A stretch of DNA of 64,000 nt from IMG/VR virus record IMGVR_UViG_3300037455_000402, positions 74,951 through 138,950 of that record; one strand, 5' to 3'. The notes below the pieces were generated by a model. That model was not told where the DNA came from, ran no database searches, and saw only the letters and a program-made list of their open reading frames with translations. How positions within the stretch are numbered: position 1 is the stretch's first letter; the number at the start of each line of letters is the position of its first letter. Shown here piece by piece: positions 23,627-33,834 of this stretch. The position numbers and the translations under genes were made by a program. The stretch comes from a virus. Taxonomy: Duplodnaviria > Heunggongvirae > Uroviricota > Caudoviricetes.

Positions 23627-23711
23627 TTTTTATAAAATCAGATGGTTCGCCTCGAATGACATCAAATCATTAGAGATTAGCCGTCTGATTTTTACTTTAT
23701 TATTGCACATC

Positions 23712-23740
23712 TTGACTTTTTCCGTCAATTGTGCTATAAT
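23712..23740 (+). promoter_or_regulatory. SigA-type promoter of the RNR operon
   Basis: TTGACT-N17-TATAAT with TG. Confidence 0.8.
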
Positions 23741-23774
23741 TAAATTGAAAATAAAATGAAAGGAGTGAAGGAGT

Positions 23775-24026
23775 ATGACTACACTTTATTCTACAGGTTG
23801 CCCTCGCTGTAAAGTTTTGGCGAAGAAGCTTGATGCCGCAGGTATTCCATATGTTGTTGTTACAGATATGGATGAAATACTTAAAGCTTGCAAGGAGGTC
23901 GGTACAGATATGGTTCCTATCCTTGCAGTTGAAGAGCCAGGTGAAGGAGAAGTTTTAATGAAGTTCAGTTTTATGGGCTTTGAAAATGCAATGAAATGGG
24001 TAGGTGAGCAGATTAATGCAGGTTAA
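23775..24026 (+). CDS. nrdH: NrdH/glutaredoxin-like redoxin
   Basis: LYSTGCPRC CxxC motif; immediately upstream of nrdD. Confidence 0.8.
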   Translation: MTTLYSTGCPRCKVLAKKLDAAGIPYVVVTDMDEILKACKEVGTDMVPILAVEEPGEGEVLMKFSFMGFENAMKWVGEQINAG

Positions 24027-25965
24027 TATCGGTAAAAAGAACAAAAATTTCACAACATAGTGGAACAAACTCCAGAATGAATTTGGTACAGAACTCGCAG
24101 ACCTTAATGGTATGGGCGATGAACAGCTTTCATATGGAGATTTCATGGACAATTTTATTGGCGAAGATGTAGTTGCCGATAGTTCAATTGATGCAAACAG
24201 TAATGTAAGAAGAAAGGATATTGTTACTCTTCTTTCTGAAATGCCTAAGCCTCATAGAAAAGTAATGTCTTTTCAGAAAATTTACTATGAAATGCAGAAG
24301 GCTTATGGCTTTAAGGCTGCCAATGAATGGTTACGTCGTGAATGGACTGGAGAAATCTATATGCACGACGGCGACACAGCAACATTTAAATCATATTGTT
24401 TTGCCTATGATTTACAGGATTTGGCTGAGAAAGGATTATTTTTCCTCGGCGACACATTTAATGCGAAGCCTCCAAGACATTTAACAACATTCGTTGATTT
24501 TGTTAAGGAATATATTAACTTTGCTTCAAATCGTACATCAGGCGCAGTAGGTCTTCCGAACCTTATTCCTTATATGTATTACTTTTGGAAGAATGACTGG
24601 AACGCTGCATATCTCGGTATGAGTCAGTTTGAAGATTATGCAAGACAGAATATTCAGAGATTTATTTATGCCGTTAACCAGCCTTGTGTTCGCGACGGTC
24701 AGTAGTCTGCTTTTACAAATACTTCTGTATTTGATAGAGAATATTTAATGGCTCTTTTTGGCGGCGCAGAGTTCCCAAATGGAGAAATGATGTATGACCA
24801 CATGGACGGCATTATGGACTTCCAGAAGATGTATATGGAAGAAATGGCTAATATTCGTTCAGAGAATATGTTCACATTCCCTGTTTCTTCTATTTCATTA
24901 ATTAGAAAGAATGGTAAGTTTGTTGATGAAGAATTTGCTGAATGGGCTATCCGACACAATATGAAGTGGAGCGATTCTAACTTCTTCATTGACGATAACG
25001 TTTCAAGTCTTTCTAACTGTTGCCGCCTTAAGAGCGATATTCGTGACCTCGGTTACTTCAACTCTATCGGTGGTACTGCATTGAAGGTTGGTTCTGTTAA
25101 GGTTAATACAATTAATCTTGCAAGACTTGCACTTGATACAAATACAAAGGAAGAGTATCTTGAAGAATTAAGAGCAAGAACACTTTGTGTAGTTCGTTCA
25201 CTTCATGTTGTTCGTCATATTATTAAGAGAAATGTTGAAAAGGGATTACTTCCTAACTTCTCTTATGGACTTATTGATTTTGAACATTTATATAATACAA
25301 TCGGATTTATTGGTATTTATGAAACAATGAAGAAGTTCGGTTGTACATATCAGGATAAACTTAACAATACATATTACACTCAGGAAGCTGCAGACTTCGG
25401 TGAACTTATCTTTAAGACAATTAGAGAAGTTGCTGACAAGTTCCTTGAAGACGGTGGATATGATTACAAGATAAATACAGAACAGATACCTGGCGAAAAT
25501 GCCGCCGCAAAACTTATGAGAAAGGATATGTTCTTCTATCCTGATGCAGATATTTACGACCTTCCTCTTTATGGTAACCAGTTTATGCCACTTGGTATTA
25601 AGGCTACACTTAAAGAAAGAGTTCGTGTTCAGGCTATGTTTGATAGTTTCTGTAATGGTGGTTCAATTCTTCACGCTAATATTGATGCTCCATTTAAGAA
25701 CTATGAAACAGCAAGAAAGATGACAGAGTATATTGCTGACCAGGGCGTTACATACTTTGCATTTAATACTAAAATACAGGCTTGTGAAGAGAATCATGCG
25801 TTCTATGGAACAACTTGTCCTATTTGCGGCAAGCCTATCGCAACCGAATATACAAGAGTAGTTGGCTTCTTAACTCCTATTAAGACTTGGACTAAGGAAA
25901 GAAAGGCTGAATACAAGATGAGAAAATGGGAGCCTATAAACGTAAGTTTTGGAGATTTATTGTGA
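24016..25965 (+). CDS. nrdD: Anaerobic (class III) ribonucleotide reductase, 649 aa; 2 TAG=Gln
   Basis: EIYMHD, SGAVG, SNCCRL, QIPGE, GGSI.H, C..CG, TRVVGF. The TAG at 24703 lies in (Q)SAFTN and joins ORFs 24112..24705 and 24748..25965. Confidence 0.95.
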
Positions 25966-26369
25966 TTAAAATTATTATTGCAGGTTCAAGAGACTTCGAT
26001 AATTATATTTATGCAGAAACAAAACTTTTATCATATTTTAAAGAAAATGGTATTCATAGCACCGACATTGAGATAATCAGTGGCGGTGCTCGTGGTGCCG
26101 ATAAAATTGGAGAAAAGTTCGCTAATAGATATGGTGTTAAACTAACTGTTTTTCCTGCTCAATGGGATAAATATGGTAAAAGTGCGGGTATGATAAGAAA
26201 TGCCGAAATGGCGCAGTATGCAGAAGGAGGAATATTGTTTGCTTTTTGGGATGGAGAGTCTCATGGAACAAAGAATATGATTGATACTGCGAAAAGAAAT
26301 GAAATGACAGTTGTTATTTTTGAGTATTGGAGGATTAATAGTGGAGAAATTAACCGAAGAAGAACTTGA
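25962..26369 (+). CDS. SLOG-family (DUF2493/YspA-like) protein
   Basis: IIAGSRDF, ISGGARGAD, AGMIRNAEM, AFWDGESHGTKNMI. Confidence 0.82.
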   Translation: MIKIIIAGSRDFDNYIYAETKLLSYFKENGIHSTDIEIISGGARGADKIGEKFANRYGVKLTVFPAQWDKYGKSAGMIRNAEMAQYAEGGILFAFWDGESHGTKNMIDTAKRNEMTVVIFEYWRINSGEINRRRT

Positions 26370-26718
26370 CAGACTTACTGAAGCTGTCCAAAATAGTAAA
26401 GGATATATACCGTCCAATTGTTATATAACAAAGGAGCATCTTGAAAAAATGATAGAAGAAGGACTTGCCCCTCCTGATATTCTTGATAATTTACCAGTAA
26501 ATGTTACTATAACTGTACCAATAATGAAAGAAGGAACGGATAGAATGAGACGAGTATGGACCAAAGAAATGGTAGAAGAAATTGAAAGACAAACAGCAGA
26601 ATGGTTTGAAAAGATGAAAAATGTTCGAGGTAAAAGAGCTGAGTTGCATCCTATTGATGATGCTTGTGAATATCAGACTGGTGGACTTATAGCTTTTACT
26701 GATTCTTGGGAGGAATAA
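26341..26718 (+). CDS. Hypothetical protein, 125 aa
   Basis: GGAGG RBS plus GTG. Confidence 0.65.
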   Translation: MEKLTEEELDRLTEAVQNSKGYIPSNCYITKEHLEKMIEEGLAPPDILDNLPVNVTITVPIMKEGTDRMRRVWTKEMVEEIERQTAEWFEKMKNVRGKRAELHPIDDACEYQTGGLIAFTDSWEE

Positions 26719-26721
26719 GGA

Positions 26722-27177
26722 ATGATATATCCATGTGATTATTAGGAATTTATGAATATTGTTTTCTCTTTTTATTATAATCCTATCCCAATATGGACTT
26801 AGGTCTTTGTATCTAAAAAGGAAGCTATGGAAAAATTAAGCAATATAATTGCTGATTTAACCCATTTAAAACCAGAAGTATCCACTTGCAATGATTCTCA
26901 TTGCTTTAGAAGCCCTACTGGCGGATTTTTTGAAATTTATTATAGAGATAGATATAAATGCTGTTGTGGTAAAAGAGCACATAATGTAATTGCTGATAGT
27001 GAATATCCTTTAATAGATTTTTATGAAATATTTATGCCAATGTGCAACTTAGGTTTTGGCAGCACTTATAGTATAAATTCTTATGATATTATTTAGTATT
27101 GGGATAAAGCTCATGAAAAAGGAAAAGAAGATATTGAATATTGGAAGAAAGTGAGGGAAGAAAAATGGAAATAGTAA
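26722..27177 (+). CDS. Hypothetical protein, 151 aa; 4 TAG=Gln
   Basis: ATG at 26722; extends ORF 26827..27096 at both ends; ends TAG-TAA. Confidence 0.65.
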
Positions 27178-27725
27178 ATCTAATTGATGAAGATTTTTGT
27201 CAATATAAAAAGTCTTCAATGTTTATAGGTTTTCCAACTTGTACATTCAAGTGTGATAAAGAATGTGGTAAACCAATTTGCCAAAACTCTTCTCTTGCCG
27301 CCGCGCCGCGTATTGAAATGGACTATGTAGAAATTGCAAAACGTTTCTATGAAAATCCTATTACTGAAGCAGTAGTTTTTGGCGGCTTAGAGCCATTTGA
27401 TTCATTTCCTGATATGATTGAAATGATAACTCAGCTTTTTGTTTGTAGAGCACTATATCCTAATGCACCAAAGCCTGATATAGTTATTTATACGGGATAC
27501 TATCCAGTTGAAATTGAAGATAAACTTAAGGCTATGAAAATTTATAATCATTCTTGGGATAATATTATAATCAAATTTGGCAGATTTATTCCAGACCAGA
27601 AATCGACTTTTGATAGCGTACTTGGTGTTGAATTAGCAAGCCAAAATCAGTATGCTCTACCATTAAAAACTGTAATTCATAATATAGAATTTTATGAAAG
27701 TTTTGGAGAACAAATAGATGTGTGA
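27165..27725 (+). CDS. nrdG: Radical SAM activating enzyme for the class III RNR
   Basis: CTFKCDKEC cluster, FGGLEP, IYTGY, SQNQ; near nrdD. Confidence 0.88.
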   Translation: MEIVNLIDEDFCQYKKSSMFIGFPTCTFKCDKECGKPICQNSSLAAAPRIEMDYVEIAKRFYENPITEAVVFGGLEPFDSFPDMIEMITQLFVCRALYPNAPKPDIVIYTGYYPVEIEDKLKAMKIYNHSWDNIIIKFGRFIPDQKSTFDSVLGVELASQNQYALPLKTVIHNIEFYESFGEQIDV

Positions 27726-27993
27726 AGATAAATTTGATGAAGTTATTGAACTTCTAAAAGAAAAATATGATGCAAGTGACCCAATAGTTAGTGAAATTAT
27801 TGAAATGGTTATGGATGATGTTTTTAAAGATTATCCCACAGACCATCTTAGTACTTTTGCCGAAATTAAAAGTATAGACGGGCTTAACACGCCATCATTA
27901 CCAGGTAGTGCAATTAATTAGCCAAGTTATAAATGGACAACTACTGATATACAGGAAGCTATTAGGAGAGCTAAGGAGGAAGGAAATTTATGA
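27718..27993 (+). CDS. Hypothetical protein, 91 aa; 1 TAG=Gln
   Basis: Readthrough at 27919 to TGA at 27991, overlapping the next ATG (ATGA). Confidence 0.65.
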
Positions 27994-28199
27994 AGTTAAA
28001 TGATGATATGGTTTTAGTTGCTGAAATATAGGACGCATTAAATAAGAACCGTGAACTTTATGGTTAGCGTTTTTGTCCATGTGTTCCTTCAGCTAAATAT
28101 ACTGATGAAGATAGTCAGAAATATGTTTGTCCCTGTAAAGATTTTAGGGAGAATGTAAAAGAAGGAGACACTTGTCATTGTGGACTTTTCATAAAATAA
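27990..28199 (+). CDS. Ferredoxin:thioredoxin reductase catalytic-subunit-like protein, 69 aa; 2 TAG=Gln
   Basis: Translation MKLNDDMVLVAEIQDALNKNRELYGQRFCPCVPS...VCPCKDF...CHCGLF gives the CPC/CPC/CHC signature; absent from the ORF track. Confidence 0.85.
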
Positions 28200-28214
28200 A
28201 CGGAGTTGATACCC

Positions 28215-28430
28215 ATGAATAAATGTGATTTTTGTATTTGTAAAACTTGTGCCATTGCTTATTACAATGGTGGAGCGCCAGGATGCGGAGATTGCTGGCT
28301 TTGTGAAGGTACACCAAATGAACACGGAGTAACCGCTTGTAATGAATATTACAACCCTGCTCCAAAAGAAAAGAAACCAAGTCCATATGATGAAATAGAA
28401 TGTGAAGATGAAAGTCAAGAGAAATCTTGA
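28215..28430 (+). CDS. Small Cys-rich protein, 71 aa
   Basis: CDFCICKTC...CGDCWLC...C, eight or more Cys; probably metal binding. Confidence 0.6.
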   Translation: MNKCDFCICKTCAIAYYNGGAPGCGDCWLCEGTPNEHGVTACNEYYNPAPKEKKPSPYDEIECEDESQEKS

Positions 28431-28455
28431 CTTTCTTTTCATTTTATGATATAAT
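28427..28455 (+). promoter_or_regulatory. SigA-type promoter with the -35 box inside an inverted repeat
   Basis: TTGACT-N17-TATAAT; AAAGTCAAGA-GAAA-TCTTGACTTT at 28411-28434. Confidence 0.8.
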
Positions 28456-28489
28456 ATATGTAGAATAAAAATGAAAAGGAGTGAAGTTA

Positions 28490-30358
28490 ATGGCTGATAA
28501 TTATGGCATTGATAGTATAAACCATTTGGAAACGAGAGAAGCCATGCGTACTCGTATTCAGATGTACCTCGGTTCTGATGATACCGATGGAATCTATCAG
28601 GCACTTAAAGAAATTATAAATAACTCTACTGACGAAGCTCTTGCTGGATATGGTAAGGAAATTGATATTATTCTTAATGAGGAAACCAATGAAGTTACTG
28701 TAAGAGACTATGGACGTGGAGTTCCTTTCGGTATGAAGAATGGTAAAAATGTTCTTGTTGCTATTTATACTGAAAGCCATACTGGTGGTAAGTTTGATAA
28801 AAATGCTTATAAAAACAGTTCTGGACTTAATGGTATTGGTGGTACTGCCGTATGTATGAGTTCAGAATATTTTATGGTAAAGTCTGAAAGAGATAATACT
28901 GCCGCCGTAGCTTTATTTGATAAAGGTAATTTAAAGGATTATAAAGAAACTCCTTATAAGAGTAATACTACTGGTACTGTTGTAACCTTTAAACCTGATA
29001 AGGAAGTATTTGTTAATGATAATGAAGGATATTCTTATGATAGAATATGTGAGGAAATTAAAAATATTTCTTATCTTAATAAAGGAATTAAGTTCGTTGT
29101 TGAAACCACAAGCGGTAAGAAAAATGAATACTATTCAGAAAATGGTATTGCGGACTTTATTAAGGAAAAAGTTAAGAAGCCTTTGATGCTTAATCCTATT
29201 CTCGCTTCTGCCTCTGACGGAACAGATGAACTTGAAATTGCTTTTATGTGGACAAATGACCCGACTCAGGATTATGTTTTTGTTAACGGTCTTTACTGTC
29301 CAGAAGGAGGCTCACCTATAACTGGTGCAAAAACTAAGATTACTACAAAAATTAAATCCTTAAGTGGTAAAAGCTTTGATGCCGAACTTATTCGTAAGGG
29401 TCTTGTATTTGCAATTAACTGCCGTGTTGTTAATCCTTCTTTTGCTAACCAGACAAAGAGTAAGATTAACAATCCGAACCTTCGTACTCTTGCTTCACAG
29501 GCATTTGATGAAGGTCTTGAAGAATTTGCAAACAGCCCCGATTTCGGTCCTATTATCGAAATGATGAATAAGATTGCCAACGCAGAAAAGGCGGCAGACA
29601 AAGCTCGTGAAGCGGCACTTAATCGTAACAATAAAATGAAGGAATTAAGAAAGCAGAAGGTTGCTTTCCTTGATAAACTTGCTGACGCAGAGAATTTGGG
29701 TGAGAACTCTATTCTTTGTGTATGTGAGGGTGACTCTGCGGGTAATGCAATTATTGCAGGTAGAGATACAAAGAAGTATGGTGTTATGTATCTTCGTGGT
29801 AAAATGCTTAATGGTCTTAAGGAAGATGACGATGATAAGTATTTCTCAAATAAGGAAATTGAGCTTTTGATGTATGCTCTTGGAATAGATGTTGACCACT
29901 ATGACCCAAAGAAGCTTCGTTATGGTCAAATCTATATCTGCGTCGATGCCGATGATGACGGTTATCATATTGCACTTCTTATTCTTGCTAACCTATATCG
30001 TCTGTGTCCTCAGTTCTTGCAGGAGAATCGTGTTCATTGGTTACGATGCCCTCTCTTCATTGCATATGATAAGAATATGCAGCCTATTAGTTGGTATTAT
30101 ACTAATGAAGAACTTGCCGCCGCAAAAGCAAGGGGTAAAATTAAGGGCGACCTTGACCGTATTAAAGGACTCGGTCAGCTTGAAGAGGCAGACCTTAAGG
30201 CTACTATGTTCTCAACTACTGGCGGTCAGAAAGTAGATAAGATTGTATATTCTCCCGAAGCCGCAAAGAGATTATGCGAGTTAATGGGTGTTGATATTAA
30301 GCCAAGAAAAGAGTTCGTTATGTCACGAATTGACTTTAGTAAGTATAACAATGCTTAA
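28490..30358 (+). CDS. gyrB: Type IIA topoisomerase subunit B (GyrB/ParE family)
   Basis: EIINNSTDE, DYGRGVP, HTGGKF, SSGLNGIG, EGDSAG, LRGK.LN, DADDDG, RIKGLG; no TAG. Confidence 0.92.
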   Translation: MADNYGIDSINHLETREAMRTRIQMYLGSDDTDGIYQALKEIINNSTDEALAGYGKEIDIILNEETNEVTVRDYGRGVPFGMKNGKNVLVAIYTESHTGGKFDKNAYKNSSGLNGIGGTAVCMSSEYFMVKSERDNTAAVALFDKGNLKDYKETPYKSNTTGTVVTFKPDKEVFVNDNEGYSYDRICEEIKNISYLNKGIKFVVETTSGKKNEYYSENGIADFIKEKVKKPLMLNPILASASDGTDELEIAFMWTNDPTQDYVFVNGLYCPEGGSPITGAKTKITTKIKSLSGKSFDAELIRKGLVFAINCRVVNPSFANQTKSKINNPNLRTLASQAFDEGLEEFANSPDFGPIIEMMNKIANAEKAADKAREAALNRNNKMKELRKQKVAFLDKLADAENLGENSILCVCEGDSAGNAIIAGRDTKKYGVMYLRGKMLNGLKEDDDDKYFSNKEIELLMYALGIDVDHYDPKKLRYGQIYICVDADDDGYHIALLILANLYRLCPQFLQENRVHWLRCPLFIAYDKNMQPISWYYTNEELAAAKARGKIKGDLDRIKGLGQLEEADLKATMFSTTGGQKVDKIVYSPEAAKRLCELMGVDIKPRKEFVMSRIDFSKYNNA

Positions 30359-30361
30359 TTA

Positions 30362-30390
30362 TTGACTTATAATCAAAATTGTGTTATAAT
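30362..30390 (+). promoter_or_regulatory. SigA-type promoter
   Basis: TTGACT-N17-TATAAT with TG. Confidence 0.8.
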
Positions 30391-30413
30391 ATTATTGTAA
30401 AGGAGTGAGATAA

Positions 30414-32828
30414 ATGGATTTTAATGAACTCGATATGCTTGAAGTCATAGAAGATAGTTTTGGAACTTATGCTGGTATGACTATTCAGGATAGAGCAATT
30501 ATAGATGCGAGGGACTGTTTAAAGCCCTCGCACCGTATGTGTATGTATTCAATGCTCTTAAATAAATATACATACAAAAAGCCTTTCGTTAAGTCACAGG
30601 AATGTGTCGGTAAGGCTATGGCAGATTTCTATACACACGGTGACGCCGCTTGTTATGACCTTATGGTTAGACTTGCTCGTCCTTATAACCAGAGATACCC
30701 ACTTATGGGATTTAAGGGTCAGTATGGACCTATTAAAACTGGTAAGCCATCTGCCGCAAGATATACAGATATGAGACTGGGAGAACTCGGTTGTAAACTT
30801 TACGACGGAATTGATGAAGAGAGTATTAAGATTTGGTTCGATAACTATTCTGGTACTAAGCAATTCCCTTCTGTTGTTCCTTCTCTTGGTTTCTATAATA
30901 TTGTAAATGGTACATCCGGTATTGCAACTGCTATGGCAAGTTCTATTCCTCAGTTTAATTTGAGAGAAGTCAATGAAGCTATGATTAAGTTGCTTTGGAA
31001 TCCTGATATATCATTCGACGAAATTTATTGTGCGCCTGACTTCTGTACTGCGGGTACTATACTCAATGCAGATGCCGTAAAGGAAATTCTCCGTTATGGT
31101 GGCGGCAAAGCAGTAAAAGGTATGAAGTTTAACGGTAAGAAACTGGGTAGTTCTGTTCGTATGCGTGCAACTGCAGAATTTGACGCAGAAGAAAATGCTA
31201 TCTATTTTACCGAAGTACCTTACGGAGTTTATACTCATACTATTGTTGAACAGATAGTTAAGGGTATTAATGACGGCACAATATTAGGTATTGCTAAGGA
31301 CGGTATTAAAGACCTTTCTAAGAATACTGCAAACTTGAAAATTGTTCTTGAAAAAGGTGTAAACGCAAATAATCTTATCAAGACTTTATATAAGGAAACT
31401 GACCTTGATTCATCATATTCAATTAATATGGTTATGCTTGATAACGGTACCTTCCCTAAACTCTTTACTTGGAAGGAAGCACTTCAGGCTCATCTTGACC
31501 ATGAGGTTGAAATGAGAACTAACATTCATCAGTATCATTTAACTAAGATAGATAATCGTATTCATATTATCGACGGTCTTCTTATAGCAATTGCTAATAT
31601 TGATGAAGTTGTTGACCTTATCCGTAATTCTAACGATAAGGATGAAGCTCGTAAGAAGTTATCTGACCGTTTTGGTTTTGATGAAGCACAATGTGATGCT
31701 ATTCTTAAGATGACTCTTAGTAAGTTAATGCACCTTGAAATTGGTTCATTTAAGGATGAAAGAGAGAAACTTCTTGTAGAGAGAGCCCAGCATGAAGAAG
31801 TTCTTAATAGTAAAGAACTTTTATATAAAGAAATTGAAAAAGACTTACGCACAATTGCAGATAAGTATGGCGATGATAGAAAAACTCGTTTAACAAACTT
31901 TGACTTCTCCAGTGAAGAAGAAGATGCTGAGCCAATAGAGAAGAAAGAACTTCTTATTCACTACACAAATCTCGGCAATATTTATACACAAATTTCTTCT
32001 TCACTTGTTAAGACTCGCCGCGGTGGCGCAGGTGCAAAGTTGAAGTTAAAGGATAATGAAACTATCATACAGACAATCTCAGACGATAACTTTAGTTCTC
32101 TTCTCGTATTCTCAAATATGGGACAGATGTATACTTATCGTATTGATGACCTTCCTGTTGATGCAAAGATTAATGCCGCCCAGCTATTTGATTTCAAAAT
32201 GGGTGAGCATATTACTAAGATTACATCTTTGTCTCGCCGCAATGATATAAAGTATTTCGTATTCATTACTAAAAATGGTATGATTAAGAAAACTGCGGCG
32301 GAAGAGTATAATATTAAGAGAGGTAAATCTCTTAAGGCTATTAATCTTAAGGATAATGACGAAGTCGTAGCAATTCATTTTATCAAGGATGAACCAGTCG
32401 GAATCTTGACTTCTCAGGGAAATTTTGTTATAATAAGTACAGAAGAAATTAATCCTATTGGTAGAGCTACAGCAGGTGTTCGTGCTATTAAGCTTGGTGA
32501 TGGCGATAGTGTAATTGCTTCTCATATTGCTACTGGTAAATATCTTATCACAACTACTACAAATGGTTTAATAAAGAAGGCTGAACTTTCTGAGTTCCCA
32601 CTTTGTAACCGTGGTATTAAGGGTAAGAAAATATCAGGTGTCCGTGATGCAGATGGAGTAGTCGATTTCTTGACTTTATCTGAGGATTGTGATATAATAG
32701 TAATATCAAATAAGGGTCTCCTTAAGTTTAATACTTCTGACCTGAGAGTTCTTTCAAGGGAAGCAACAGGTGTTAAGGCTATGAAGTTACCAGAAGGAAT
32801 TCGAGTTGTGGATTTGGTAAAAGCCTAA
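30414..32828 (+). CDS. gyrA: Type IIA topoisomerase subunit A with beta-pinwheel CTD (GyrA/ParC family)
   Basis: RDCLKPSHR, HGDAACYD, SAARYT (catalytic Tyr), TRRGGAG GyrA-box-like motif, repeated RxxxGVxxIxL blades; no TAG. Confidence 0.92.
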   Translation: MDFNELDMLEVIEDSFGTYAGMTIQDRAIIDARDCLKPSHRMCMYSMLLNKYTYKKPFVKSQECVGKAMADFYTHGDAACYDLMVRLARPYNQRYPLMGFKGQYGPIKTGKPSAARYTDMRLGELGCKLYDGIDEESIKIWFDNYSGTKQFPSVVPSLGFYNIVNGTSGIATAMASSIPQFNLREVNEAMIKLLWNPDISFDEIYCAPDFCTAGTILNADAVKEILRYGGGKAVKGMKFNGKKLGSSVRMRATAEFDAEENAIYFTEVPYGVYTHTIVEQIVKGINDGTILGIAKDGIKDLSKNTANLKIVLEKGVNANNLIKTLYKETDLDSSYSINMVMLDNGTFPKLFTWKEALQAHLDHEVEMRTNIHQYHLTKIDNRIHIIDGLLIAIANIDEVVDLIRNSNDKDEARKKLSDRFGFDEAQCDAILKMTLSKLMHLEIGSFKDEREKLLVERAQHEEVLNSKELLYKEIEKDLRTIADKYGDDRKTRLTNFDFSSEEEDAEPIEKKELLIHYTNLGNIYTQISSSLVKTRRGGAGAKLKLKDNETIIQTISDDNFSSLLVFSNMGQMYTYRIDDLPVDAKINAAQLFDFKMGEHITKITSLSRRNDIKYFVFITKNGMIKKTAAEEYNIKRGKSLKAINLKDNDEVVAIHFIKDEPVGILTSQGNFVIISTEEINPIGRATAGVRAIKLGDGDSVIASHIATGKYLITTTTNGLIKKAELSEFPLCNRGIKGKKISGVRDADGVVDFLTLSEDCDIIVISNKGLLKFNTSDLRVLSREATGVKAMKLPEGIRVVDLVKA

Positions 32829-32831
32829 ATA

Positions 32832-32860
32832 TTGACTTTTACCATATTCCGTGATATAAT
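32832..32860 (+). promoter_or_regulatory. SigA-type promoter
   Basis: TTGACT-N17-TATAAT with TG. Confidence 0.8.
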
Positions 32861-32890
32861 ATTTATAGAAAGTTAAGGGAGGAGATACCA

Positions 32891-33337
32891 ATGACTCTCG
32901 AAGAAAAAATCGAAGTAGTTAAGAAAAATAAAGAAGCTTGTATTGCCGCCTTAGAGTCAGTTCTTGATACACTTTATAATGTAACTGACCCCGTATGGTA
33001 GGTTGATAAAGACGGCAATCTTGATTTAGGTCTTAAGGATAAAAAGGCTTTAGCATAGGCTATTAGTCTGCGTGAAGACATAGATAAATATGAACCTATA
33101 AGACTTAAACTTAAGTAGGATGATTTTAACTTAACAAGAAAAGACATCGCTTATATTACAATTTGTTTTAATTTCTGTAGTATAAGAGCAAGAAATCAGA
33201 TAGAATCTATGACAAAAGCTAAAGAATTATGTGATACTATATATGTAGTATTGGGTTCTAAAGAAGACGGAGTAGACACTACTGAAGCGGAAGAGAAGTT
33301 CAGAAAAGCACTTGAAGCTCTAACAAAGAAAGATTAA
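32891..33337 (+). CDS. Hypothetical protein, 148 aa; 3 TAG=Gln
   Basis: GGAGGAG RBS plus ATG at 32891; open to TAA at 33335 only under code 15; missing from the ORF track. Confidence 0.75.
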
Positions 33338-33346
33338 GTTAAATAT

Positions 33347-33375
33347 TTGACTTTTTCTTCCGAAGATGATATAAT
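33347..33375 (+). promoter_or_regulatory. SigA-type promoter
   Basis: TTGACT-N17-TATAAT with TG; followed by an AT-rich inverted repeat at 33386-33412. Confidence 0.8.
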
Positions 33376-33450
33376 TAATATAGTAAAAAAATAGCACGCC
33401 AAGCTATTTTTTATAAATAAAAAACTTTAATTTTAAGGAGTGATGTTAAA

Positions 33451-33732
33451 ATGGCAAAGAAGGCAAGTATGACACCTAATTCAAGAAAGGTATTTGATTT
33501 CCTCAAGGGCAACGGCGTTGGCGTAAAGTTCACAACAAGCGAGGTTCAGAAGGCTCTTGACCTCGAGAAGGCTGGTTCTGTAACTGGTTCTGTAACAGGT
33601 CTTGTTAAGAAGGGCTTTGCAGTTCGTGAGAAGGAAATGAGAGAAGTTGACGGCAAGCAGAAGGAAGTTAGCGTATTCTACCTCACAGAGGCTGGCGCTG
33701 CATTTGACCCTGACGCTGAGGTTGAGGAATAA
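33451..33732 (+). CDS. Small winged-helix-like DNA-binding protein, 93 aa
   Basis: Basic; SVTGSVTGLVKKG and C-terminal YLTEAG wing pattern. Confidence 0.65.
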   Translation: MAKKASMTPNSRKVFDFLKGNGVGVKFTTSEVQKALDLEKAGSVTGSVTGLVKKGFAVREKEMREVDGKQKEVSVFYLTEAGAAFDPDAEVEE

Positions 33733-33751
33733 TTAATCCTTAACGGTTAAT

Positions 33752-33780
33752 AATCGGCGGGACTTCGGTTCCGCTGATTT
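33752..33780 (+). terminator. Stem-loop with CUUCGG loop
   Basis: AATCGGCGGGA-CTTCGG-TTCCGCTGATT. Confidence 0.7.
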
Positions 33781-33834
33781 CCTAATCTACTTTAATTAAA
33801 TGTTTTAAGTGTAATTTATGGAGGAGAAAAGTAT

